From Schizochytrium sp. TIO01 (lineage: Eukaryota; Protista; Bigyra: Labyrinthulomycetes): 64,000 nucleotides of DNA. Within the stretch, counting starts at the first letter, position 1. Every line of letters begins with the position of its first letter. The translations under genes and the position numbers were made by a program. Below the pieces are notes generated by a model. That model saw only the letters and a program-made list of their open reading frames with translations, was not told where the DNA came from and made no database searches. Of the stretch, positions 48,348-60,300 are shown piece by piece. The DNA lies in NCBI GenBank assembly GCA_004764695.1, contig SMSO01000036.1, forward strand, positions 124,001-188,000, given 5' to 3'.

Positions 48348-49220
48348 TTAGTTCGCAGCCGTGTCCCAGCTCAGCATGTTACTACCACTGCTGTTAGTAT
48401 TGGATCCACGACGTCGTGTACCAAGGACCTGTGCGGCCCGCTCTTGATGGGAGGCAAGCCAGGATGCCTGCTCACGAGTTTTGGGCGTATCACTTCCTGT
48501 AGCGAGCTTGTGTTGTATCCTCGGTCTCAGAAGGATGGTAGCAGCAGCAACAGTACGCGGCGTGTGGCCTCCGGCTTGGTCCTCAGGTTTAGTACGCGCT
48601 GAGGCGCCTCTGGCAGTGGGTTTGGTAAATGTTGGAACGCGAATGGAGTTTGGCTTACGTGGCACCTGTTGGGATGGCGCTGTCGGCACTGGGGGAGTTG
48701 TTGCAGATGTGGATGTGGAAGCTGATGTGGATGTGGATGTGGGCACTGGCGGGGCTGGGCTGGTACGCCGTTTTGCCTTGGGGGACTCATCCCCAGCATC
48801 GTCGGTGTCTGAAGGGTCGGCGCCACGGCGCTTGCGAGCGGGGGGCCTGATAACGTCACCCTTCTTGCTGGTCGACATCACCGGCCCTCCTGTGGTCTTC
48901 GCGACCTTTTGAAAGTACTTCTGCGCGTGGGTTCGGATTTGTACAACGGTGCGGGTTTGGATCATATCTGCGATCTTTTTCCACTCCTTGCCGTGTTGCT
49001 TGAGGCCCTCCAAAAACACGGCGTGCTCCTCGTGGGTCCATCGGCCAGCATTGATGGCAGCGCTTCCACCACCAGAACCGGATTTGCCATTTTCATCGTC
49101 ATCATCTTCGTCGTGGTCTTCTATATCCTTAGCCTCAATGTCGTCTTCGGCAGCTGCGTCTCGCTGTGTCTTGGCTGGCAATGGCGAGCCATCGTCTCCG
49201 GATTGCTCATAGTCCTCCAT
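48348..49220 (-). CDS. Single-repeat Myb transcription factor, SHAQKYF class (CCA1/LHY/RVE-like DNA-binding domain), 290 aa
   Basis: GRWTHEEHAVFLEGLKQHGKEWKKIADMIQTRTVVQIRTHAQKYF; acidic N-terminus; NLS-like RKRR and KAKRR; start context aaaATGG. Confidence 0.93.
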   Translation of the reverse strand: MEDYEQSGDDGSPLPAKTQRDAAAEDDIEAKDIEDHDEDDDDENGKSGSGGGSAAINAGRWTHEEHAVFLEGLKQHGKEWKKIADMIQTRTVVQIRTHAQKYFQKVAKTTGGPVMSTSKKGDVIRPPARKRRGADPSDTDDAGDESPKAKRRTSPAPPVPTSTSTSASTSTSATTPPVPTAPSQQVPRKPNSIRVPTFTKPTARGASARTKPEDQAGGHTPRTVAAATILLRPRIQHKLATGSDTPKTREQASWLASHQERAAQVLGTRRRGSNTNSSGSNMLSWDTAAN

Positions 49221-49224
49221 TTTC

Positions 49225-49824
49225 CTATGTTAGAATGTGTTATAGAAGAGAGAAAAGGTGGTAGTAGCCCGGGTGGCTGTTGCTATGATGGTAGGATTCT
49301 GTCGCTTCTTTGGGATAACTCTTTTGATTTCTTTCTAAGGAAATCAGGTCTTGACGTTTCAATGTCACTGAATATGGATGGAAATAGATGCTACGATTCT
49401 TGAGCACAACAAACGAACCAAACCGGATATTTAGACTCTCCTGTCACAAGAAAGAGAAAGAGCAAGAGAGAGAGAGGTCTTAACTAATTGCACTTTGAGA
49501 AACAAGCACGAACCTAGTGCTGGATGCCTCCCTTTGTCTACCAAAGAAGTAAAAAGCTCGAAAACCGTCCGTCAGAGGGCTAGTTTGTGAAAGAACTAGC
49601 AGCTGGAGACGCTCGAAGGATTCCAAGACACCGCCGCAAAGAGTGACCAAAAGCAGTCTTCGTTATGGAAACCTTTAGACTAAATGAAAGACAGCTAGAT
49701 TCTTCCCAGCCTGTTCTCCAACAAGACGGAAAATGGGCTAACGAAACGGAAACACCACTAAAGCCAGTGACGACACCCACGACCACAGTGAGGGAATTTG
49801 CCTGATCCCTGTGCAAGTCCTTAC
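49225..49824 (-). other. Putative 5'-UTR intron of the Myb gene
   Basis: Acceptor CTAACATAG|GAAAATG 4 nt before the ATG; candidate donor AC|GTAAGG at 49824 (donor uncertain). Confidence 0.4.
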
Positions 49825-52364
49825 GTACACAGGAGTTCTCCGTTCCTGGTCTCCGGGCTTTGCTTTGCTGTAAACAGGTCCCTCGTCAATCCTCAACCAG
49901 ATGGATCTTTCCTCCCCTGCTTCCTTATCTTATCCTATCTTTCTTTCTTATCTTTCTTTTCTTCTTTCTTTCTTTCTTTCTTCTTATCGAACGATCGAAA
50001 GGGCGAAGAAGACCGGCGAAGCCACGGCAGCCGATGGATGCCTGATGCGGCGGCGTAGCGCAGGAACCGGGGTCGCCGCTGCCTCTCCGCTGCAGACCGA
50101 GCTTCCGCGTCGCGGTGCCGGCGGCGAGGCGCTCTCTGTCTCCGGGGCTGCTGCTGGGCACGTCGCTGGCGAGCGAGGCCGGCCAGGCGAAGGAGACTTG
50201 GCGAGAGGAGGTCTTCGCCTCCTTCTTATGATGCCGATGATCTCTCTCTCTCTCTATATATATATCTATATATGATATTTTTGACCTTTGACTTTTGACT
50301 TTTGACAATTCAATTCATTTTCATCTGTCTCTCTCTATCTTCGCCTCCTCCCTAGCACTGCCTACCGCCTGCATAGCACCTGCCTAAGTCCTCTTTTCTG
50401 TTTGTTTAAAGATAAAACTTTCTTTCTCTCCTTTCTCTCTCTCTCTCTCTCTCTCTTTAGAAATCATGAACCTTTTTAGTTTTAAAATGCCTGTCGCGGG
50501 GAATTGGCTATGACCTACATGGCGGAAACCTTAGGCATGCTTCGATTCCACTTTTTTTATAATTTATTTTAAATAAAATTTTAACTTTAGAAGAAGTGGC
50601 CGCCTCCCTTCATTTCTATGGGCGATCGACTTGGAAAATAGTTCTTTCTTCTTTTCTTTAAAATAGAAGATTAGCAAATACCTGGATAGCCGCACGACTA
50701 CGGAGTACCCTAAGAGGTTGGAATCTCCCTATTTTTTTCTTTCTTTCAAATACTACTAAAAGCGAGCTAGACCATAGGAGTAAGCGCTAGACAGGGCTAC
50801 CGAAAGATAGACCCGGAAAAAAAAAAAAAAAAGTTAAGTTTCATCTATGCCCTTTTCACTATTAGCAGTATCTATTGCGTAACTAAGAGTACGCGGACCG
50901 AGTGAAAGGAGTGGAAGGAGAGAGAAACTTAGTTGGATACGAGAAAGAAACAGTCATGAAGAAAGAAGGCTCTGCGGCCATTGAGGGCTCAGAGAAAGAG
51001 CACTCTTTCTGAGCACACCCTCCGTCGAATGGCCTCCTTTATAGATACACCGCGCGAATTGAGGGAGAATGGGCAGAGAAGCAAAGAAAGAGGGAAAAAT
51101 GCAAACTCTTATTTCATGCTTTCATGCTTTCTTTCTTTTCTTCTTTCTTCTTCTTTCGAACGGCAGAGGGGGAGGAAAAAAAAACTCTCCACTGCCTCAC
51201 AACACACTGCGCGGGCGCGCCATATCTTTACTGCAAAGCCTGCTCTGTCTCCAGACGGCACTATTAAACACTTCAGTTATGCCGAGAGGAAGCTTTCACA
51301 GTGGTGAAGAGTGGGCAGTTTGCAAAATTCATTCAGTGTCGTAGATATTCCGGGAGGAAGGACTCAGGATTATAAGTAAGGAATTAAGGGGGAGACTTTA
51401 TACAGTTGCGCTCAGTGAAGCAAGAGGAGCGTCCCAAGGATTGCGCAGGGCCAGCCAAAGATTTTCCTGTTGCTTTTATGATTCTTTAATCTTTCTGCAA
51501 ACTTCCTTCTCGTTCTTCGCTTTCTTTCTTGGCCACTCTCTCTCTCTAATTACATACATATACACACACATATTGCTTTACTGCTCCCAGATAGGACTTC
51601 ATTCTTGTATTAGCTAGGGCTTCTTTTCACGCTGTAATGATTCGCAGTCTCCTGCGACGTCTATTACACGAACGAAGGAGCGACATCTATCCAGTTGGCT
51701 GTCTTTATGACAGTTGTATTCATTTCGATTCATTTCGAGGCTCTCTCTCTCTCCATCCAATCTGTCTCTTCTGAGGGCTTCGCTACCTAGCAGTACCTAC
51801 TCGCCTCGCTAGGTACCTCTTCACTAACCGTATGATTCTTCTCTTCGCTACTAAACAGAGAGAGCTCAAACGAAAGAAAGAAAGAAATAAAAGTCTTCTG
51901 AGATGAAACAAACAAACAAACAGACAAATAAACAGACAGAAAGAGTGAGTGAGTGAGTGTAAGAATGCCTCGAGATTCTATCTTTTCCGCGCCGCCCCTT
52001 TGAGCTTTCTTTCCCTCCGCTTCTTCGTAGGCAACACGTGAGTGATCAGCGAAAGGCACAGACGGCCTCTAAAGAGGGCCTCCATCGCTATTCTCGTCGA
52101 GCTCAGCGCTTCTGCGTTCAAAAGAAACCCATCCTTCGATCGAATGAAGAAGAACTTACTTACTTACTATTTTACTTACTATTCTACTTTCTTACTATTC
52201 TACCTACTTACTTACCATTTTACCTACCTAGCGACTGCTACTGCAGAGCCTAGCCACCTGCTAGCGGTACGCTCCTCTATGATCTATCAGCGTTAACGAC
52301 TTAGGCGTGGGTTTTGCATAGATAGGGCTATAGCAGTCCTACTGTCTCCTCATTCCGCAATGGT

Positions 52365-52396
<32 letters not shown>

Positions 52397-55300
52397 TTGG
52401 ATTATGCGGAATAGAACGCTCATCGAAGCAAAGAACAGAACAGCTGTAACGATAAGCAGAAGCACTCTTCTCTGCGGATCGCGATTGGCTGCGTATCTTC
52501 TGCGCTCTCGGGCGGCCTTTCAAGCGCGGGAACTGGGGGGCGAGGGGGCTCTGCGGCGGCTTGGAGCTCCTCTGGCAGCGGCCAACAGGCAGCCCGCACG
52601 CAGGCAAGCCCGCTTCCATCCATCCATCCAAAACAGCGAATAGATAAACTCCTCGAGGCGGCTTCTTCTTGGACATTTGCTGCCTCCGCCTAAGAAGTCC
52701 TAGTGCCCACTTAGGCCTATCTCTCCGCCGTCGATGGAGGGAGCGCTTGCTTCTTCGGCTTCGCATCGATTGCAGTGGAGAAGAACCCTTGGACGCACGG
52801 AGGGCGGTGATAAGCCTGCCCAGGGCTGCCTCCTCCAGGCGCCTGCTCAGAGTTCTCCGAGCCGCAGCCAGCTTCGAAGAGGATCGAAGGGTCGAGAGCA
52901 TCGAAGAAGGGTCAACTTGCTTTCTTCTTCGAAACTTTGCACGATCTATCGAGAGCTGGGCCTAGGAGCTGGCTAAGAGAGTCCTAGGGACCTTTTCCTC
53001 GCTGATTCTTTCTTTTCTTTTTTAAAAGTTTTCACGCGGGACTAAGGATTGCTATGTAGCTACTAGACACCTTGCTTCCAGATACTACTGTTACTGGAAC
53101 TAGCGCTGGTACCAGTATCTTTCGTAGGGGCACTGGTAAGTAGCGGAACTGGTAAGAGTCGATAGAGCTGGCTACCGGAAAGGGAGGGCCAGGCTATACT
53201 GCACTTGCGAGAACGGATACTTCACTTGCGCGAGAGGGCGATAGTAGAGAATGGGGGCTATAAGCTACTTGTGGCTCGGTCGCTCATACGGGATTTGGGG
53301 GGTTTGCCGGCGCTTGCATTTTCAGGTTGCTCTGTCAAGAGAGACATTGAACGCATTCGTTCGAGGCGTGCTTCACATGCAGAGGACGTGCTGGCTGTGT
53401 GCTCTTGGCGTAGAGAAGCAACGTTGAAAAATGCAGCGCACAGGGAATTGATAAGAACTGAACTGCTGGAAAAAGAAGATGCACATTGAGGATAGGCCTG
53501 AGTGGGGATACTTTGCGCAATTTCTGGCCATGGAAGATGCTCGACTGAAAACCATTGTGCAACGGAAGACTTCTTTTTAGTTGAAGTCGCGTGGAAAACA
53601 TGCATGTGGCAGTCCCATTGCCATGACGCTCAAGAGCGCTTGGAGAAACGAATTCGCGAGGAGACTTTTAGTGAAGTAAACGATTCGATGCCTCGATGAT
53701 TCGAAGATCGCAGCGCACAGCTTGTACCCACACTGTGGCGATTTGTATAAAACAAGGTTCGACTTTCTCTTCTCTCAAATGATCGTCATATCTAAGAGAT
53801 AGTTTACATTTCTATCTCTACCAAGGTGCAGGGCATTTCGATAATTTTGTACTTGAAAGAGCTCGTGTCTATGTCGTATGGTCAATCAACACTGGTTTAT
53901 GAAAGGGTATCTTTGAGAGCAGTGCCACTTCCACCTGAACAGCAGCAATCTCCTCACCTGCCCAAGCCTTTCCCAAACATATGATTGAATCTAATAAGAC
54001 CTTGGCTCCGGAGCAAGCAATCTTCAATTTACTCGTTGTAATTTAGTTGATCTTACAGCGCAGCATTTACAGAGGTGCGTTTGTTCTTACACTTGCGAGA
54101 AAGCACACCAGACCAAGACATTTCTTGAAGGGGAAATCTGCCTTTTAGTTTCCTTTATAAAATCAAAGAAAAACAAAGATAGTGCGAATCTAAAATCATT
54201 GCAAGGTCTCATGCAGGCATACATGTCAAGCACTACCGTCGGCTGGGAGCTACAGATTTTATGGAAACTGCTTGAAGCGGCATATCAATCGATATTGAAC
54301 ACCATTGTTTAGCAAAAATAAAACGTTAAGTACTTCATATGTACGTGAATATCTTCAAAAATTAAAAAAATGACAGCTGGAAAAGAGAGATATTTTCCTC
54401 TTTCTTTTCTTTAAATAAATACGTAAATAAATGGAAATTAAAGAATAAAATAAAATAAAGAAATAAAAATGCTACTAGGCCTAGTAGTAAGTCAATAAAA
54501 TCAAAAGTAATGAGTAAATCAAAAGTTTAAGGAGACAAAAGATTTGGAAGGATACGCGGACGTCATCTCATATGGGAACTGAGGTTAACTCATATGGCAT
54601 ATCCACAGGAATTATGCGACCAGGGGTATTATATATATATTTAGTATAAAAAAAAGAATAAAAAAGAATACACACCCTTGCGGGCGCGAGTCTTGCGAAA
54701 CTGCGCATGTACAACAAACTCACTTGAAACTTTACCAGCGCGAGCATTGCGCTTTACATTGATCAAACAAGCTCAGCAAACGCTTTAAAACCTCTCTGGG
54801 ACTCGAATGCTTGTCCAGCTTCTCGCGCCTCTCCTGGGCAAAGCTATGGAGAATGAGCCGAAACGTCTTGGAGGGCCAAACACAATGGTCACTCCGACAT
54901 TTCAGACTCGTATTATCTTCTGCGCAACACAATGCCCCTGGAGTTGTCGTCATTCAGTCTAAGCAGGGAACATCAGCTGCCCCTGCAATGTCAATACAAG
55001 TTTTGTCCTAGTGTGGAGCTACGAATAACTAGCGAAGGAAAGAGTATCTTTTGGGTACCCTTTTGTTGTACAGGTGTTCGTTACTGGAGTGCGGGCCCCA
55101 CATTGGATACAAGTATTATGAAGCCGCGATCCTGGCTGTAGAAGGATCGATTGATGATCGATTCTTTGATTGATGGATCGATGAACGGATTGGTCTGTGC
55201 TTTCCTGGACTCGGGACTACAGTCGCAGCTTCGTGAAGGTCTCAAGGACTCCCTTCTCAAGCTGCTGCCCAGCCTGATCGCCGCCAGGGCTCAAGGCTTG

Positions 55301-57364
55301 GAGCTTCAGGGGAGGCGCGAGAAACGCATTGATGGAACGAATCAACAAATTAAACAAAACTGTTATAAGTTTTCTAAATTAAAAATTAAATAAATCTTAG
55401 TAATGTTTGTTCCATACATAGGACTGCTCTACCCACTGCTAGTGGCGGCAGGCTCGAGTGCGCTGTACTAAGACCATAGTCATTACACATAGGAGTGCCC
55501 AGCGTGGGTATGCTAGCGTATACCTTAGGAGGCGCAGGTCCGCGACTTGTTCCAGGAGTTCCCATCAATCAGGCGCTTCGAAGAATTGAGGTGAAGAATA
55601 GATTAGATAAGATAAGATAATGTGTCATCGAGGGGCATCCATCGCCTCAGGTTGGCGGCTGGAGGGGGGCGCAGGAGGGCCTCCAAAGGCGTCTCCGGGC
55701 TGGCAGGCAGCCGCAGCAGGGCGCCCTCCCTCGCGGAGGTCTCCAGCGATTCCCAGCCCAGACTCGAAGAGAAGGGGAGCGAAGCAGGAGAAACGTTTTT
55801 TTGATGATTGTTTTCTTTTTGTTGTTTTAATTTAGAAAGTTTCTTTGTTTCTGTCTTCTTCCGATAGCGCCCTTAGCAGTTGGCTAGGAAGCAGTAGCAC
55901 ACTGCTACCCAGGGTAGGCGGGGTAGGACCGTCTTAGGCGAAGTGGTAGAAGCGCGAGGGTAGAGGAGGCGGTAGGGGGTCCTAGAGGGCGCGGCTGCAA
56001 GTGGAGTATAGGCGGAATAGTTGACTTTGGGCGGAGTTTGTTTCACTTGGAGGGGGGAATAGTGCAGTTGCGCAAGTGGAGTATAGGAAAGGGAGGGGGA
56101 GGAAGAGAGGGAGAAATAATCGAAGCGAGAAAGAGTAAGGAAGTCCATAGTTGCAATCAGAGCGCCGCGGCGACCCGCCTCTCTTCGTGCGAGCGAGCGA
56201 GCGAGCGAGCGAGCTAGCCTGCCTGCCTGCCTGCCTGCAAGCGGCACAGCCCTGCTGCTGCCGCCTGACAGCCACGCACGCGTGGAGGAAGCGCAGGCCC
56301 CCGCCCGCGACGCAGCAGCTCCCTCCGCAGCGCGCCGCTCCACCGGTGGCGGCTTCCCTCTCTATCTATCTATTATCTATCTATCTATCTCTCTCTCACG
56401 CGCTATAGCTTTGGCCCGCTCGCACGCGAGTGAGCGCTACCTCGACGCACGACGCGGCGTTTTGCGCAAGACTGAGGTCGCCTGCGCGGGCCCTGGGATC
56501 GAGAAAGGACTCGTTCTCTATCGCGCTCCCTCCCTCTCTTCGTGTGTGTTTGTTTGTGCGAGGATCGGGTGTCTCCACAGCACGGCTCGGAGCTTTGATA
56601 GTGGTGGTGCTTCATATTGACCGTGGATAAACGGCGGAAGGCGACAACCTGGACCTGGACCTGGACCTGGAAAAGCTGACGTCTGCTAGGTTTTGTGGAT
56701 CGATTTACGATTTGGCGGCTTCTCAAGAAGCACGGGTAGCTAGATCATAATCTTTTCACGAAGATATTTTTGTGCGGGAGTATCTTGCGGAAAGGGATTT
56801 CCGTTCTGCGATTCGGACCAGGTGAACGTGGTTTGACGACAGAAGAGAGTGCTAGATCTAGCTCATAGAAGCGACGCAGGAGACCAGGGTAAGGCTTACG
56901 ACGCCAATCCTGCGAACTACTGTGTCGAGCAATAATTGTAGCGCGTGAAGTACCGATTAATGGCAGGACTTCGCAACGCGATTGGTCAGCAGTGTAAAAT
57001 CATAAGGTGGAAACTCCCGCCAGGACGTTGATAGTCAATTAGCCAGCAACCGAGCTGGCCGCAACACAAGGCTTTCACTCTTTCACGGCCGAGCGAGCCG
57101 GCGAGCGCCCCCGGCTGGGCGCTCTGCACTTCGTCTCTCTCGACTTGCGTTTTGAGCCGACCTTTTGATCTCAGTCAGCTTGATATTATCACACTCAGTG
57201 GATCATCTCCTTGGGCTCACTAGAACTTTAATACTTGCTCTTGAGGAACCGTTGATCAGTTTTGCGCATCATAATTGCTTGAATAACAGCAACGCGAAAG
57301 AAGACAAAACAAAACAAAAACAAAAAAAGGGATTTTTACGGAAATAAAAATAAAAATAGCCACG

Positions 57365-60300
57365 ATGCCGTATCGTAGCTCACTAGGTCCCACAATGGAA
57401 GACGAGGCTCCGCAGCGTCGACCGCGCCTCATCATCTGCTCCAACGTTCTCCCTGTGATTCTCACTAAAAATGAACAAACCGGTATCTGGAGTGCAGAGT
57501 TCGATACTAAAAGTCTCTTTGAGGATGGACCCATGTACGTAGGCCTTCGTAACGTTGATCCCAACACTCAAGTGCTCTACATTGGCGTTCCCCGTGCTTT
57601 TATTCCAGATGGAGACCGTGGCCAAGTTACCACTTTGCTGGCAAACATGGGCTGTTACCCCGTCTACTGTGACCCTGTGCGAGCCCACAATCATTTCCAG
57701 GGCTACTGCAAGGGCATCCTTTGGCCCACTTTCCATAACGTTATCGACCTTTACGCACGTGCTGGCAAGGGAAGCAAGGTTTTTGAAGATAGCACTCAGC
57801 CAGATCCCGAGCACCAGTCGAGCAGCAAACCTGACCAGAACTGGGCGCCTGCACGCTCGTGGAGCCCCATGGAGGCAGAGGCCTGCTGGCCGGACTACTG
57901 CGCAATGCAGGGCCTGTTCTCCCGCAAGGCTGTGGAAATCTACTCTGAGGGAGACACTCTCTGGGTGCACGACTACCATCTCTTGGTTCTACCAAGTTAT
58001 CTTATTCGCAGAATCCCCAATGCTAAGATTGGCCTCTTTTTGCATGTCCCGTTCCCTTCCTCAGAAATCTTTCGTACACTGGCAACCCGTGAGGAGATTC
58101 TTCGTGCAATGCTCTGCGCTGATCATATCGGGTTTGATCTCTACGAGTACGCACGTCACTTTCTCACTGCCTGTAACCGCATGCTTGGTCTTAAATACGA
58201 GCCCAAGAAGGGCGGTGTCTTGGTGCTTCATAATCACGGCAGGGAAATCTCAATCACGTGCTCGCACATCGGATCCCACTCCTCTTTTGTCCACCGGGAG
58301 CTGGAATCTCACGAAATGCAAGCTATGGCCCGTCGCGTTGCGCTTTCACAACAGACAGCTGGCCCAATCGGAGGCAGTATGGAGCGCAGGCAAATGATTT
58401 TGGGTATCGATGAGGTTGAAGGCCTCCGCGGTCTTGGCCTTAAATTGCTTGCTTTTGATCGTCTTTTCCGAGACTACCCATATTTGCGTGACCGCGTCTT
58501 CCTGCGCCAAATTGGTCTCCGTCTTGACTCTCGCCCAGATGACTACAACCAGTGTCATGATGAGGTCCTTGGTCTGATTGCCCACATGCAACAAAAGTGG
58601 GGAAAACATTCCGTGGAGTACGAGGAGCGCGACAGTATCGACCTCGCAGAACGTCTTGCCATTATGCAGAACGCCGATGTTTATCTTAATACTTCCGTTC
58701 GCGTGGGTATCGACATGCTTCCGTTCGAGTATCTCATGGCTCGCCGCAATCCAGCTGGATGTGTGATCCTATCTGAATTTTCAGCCTGCTCTCGTGTTTT
58801 ACACGGGTCTCTGCGCGTAAACCCGTTCAAGACTAGTGCCTTGGCCGCAACCATTGAAGAAGCATTGTCCATGTCTGTGGCAGAACGCACCGCGCGCTGT
58901 GCTCGTGATCTCGAGCACATTGAACGCAACACCCTCCAAGCGTGGGCCAGCCGCATGCTCGAGGACATCAACGATGCCCACAATGACACTCGCGAGCCTG
59001 TTACCAAGTTTGGTGGTGGCTTTGGGACACGTCTTCTCATTCGCGCCAACGAGGTTCATAAGCAGCAGGAGCTCGACCATGTTGAGTTCTGCGAGTCATT
59101 CAAGTCCTCAAAGCGCCGTATTATCATTCTTGACTACAGTGGCACGCTTGTCGAGACCACAAGCATGAATATGTACATGAAGCGTGGTGGTACAGCACGG
59201 ACTTGGCACTACGAGAACGGTGGTTCCCGACGCCCCGGTGGCTGTCTGGAGACCCGTGACCCCATCTCCGACACCACTCGTGGACGTTTGATCGATCTCT
59301 GCCGTAACCGCTCCAATGTGGTTGTGGTCATGAGCTCTGACCTGCGAGACGAGCTTGCTCATGCCCTTGAAGGTATTCCTAACCTTGCTCTCATTGCTGA
59401 AAATGGGTTCGTCTTTAGAGCTCACCCTGGAGCACGCTGGGTCTCTGCGGTTGATGAGGAGGCAAGCGGTGGCGGTGACTGGTACGGTGGTAACTCGACC
59501 TCAGGCTTCTACGCGGCAGAAACTGAGCATCGCAGCACCACAAGCTCTGCAGGTGGCAGCGGAAGCGCTCACACCGACACCGATTCCATTGGCGGTGACT
59601 CCTCCGACGCGGCATCCCTCCCGGATGGAGCTCAGCACGAGATTCACGGCTGGCAGGAGTCTATTCGCAATATTATGAACAAGTACTCAAACCGTACGAA
59701 TGGTTCGTTCGTGTGGGAGAGTCCCTCTGCAGTATCTTTTAATTATGTCCTTTCGGACCCTGATTTGGGCTCGCTGCAAGCCTCTAACTTGCAGCTTGAG
59801 CTGGAGCAAGTAACCATTAGCATGCCTCTGACTGTTGAGTCAGGCAAAGGCGCCGTCACAGTTCGTCTGCGCGGTGTGAACCGTGGCACCGCTGTGCGTG
59901 AGCTGCTTGCTTACTTGGAAATGCACCCATTTACCGAGTCAGACTATTCGCCGGACCCCAAACATGCTGATGCTCACAAGTCTATTGACTTCTTGGCTTG
60001 CTTCGGTGACGACAACGAAGACGAACGTGCGTTCTCTGCTGTTAACAAATATCGTGGACAGAAGACCTCACATGTGACTTCATTCTCCGTCCGTGTAGCA
60101 AGCTCTGCCCACTCCAAGGCTAAGTACTTTGTACATGACACCGAAGAGGTCACTGAAATACTTGGAGCTCTGGTTGAGGCATCTACAACCCATAAGATTC
60201 GCCGCAACTTTAGTCAGGGTGGATTCGGTGCTGAGAACCGCAACGAGTCCAGCATCATGGGTAACTTTCGTACCAAGCAATCATATGTGACACTTTCTCA

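Noticed and set aside
52350-52901. 183-aa minus-strand ORF as a protein-coding gene
   Set aside because: Non-ATG start, low-complexity R/S/L composition, and it runs through microsatellites
54388-56770. Evening-element matches AGATATTTT (54388, 56762; also AAAATATCT at 39223) near a CCA1-like Myb
   Set aside because: Roughly one match is expected by chance in 64 kb of this composition, so three is not convincing
57555-58397. 280-aa alternative-frame ORF inside TPS (and similar nested ORFs in the PDE, Myb and fucosyltransferase)
   Set aside because: Off-frame by-products of codon bias within an intact CDS
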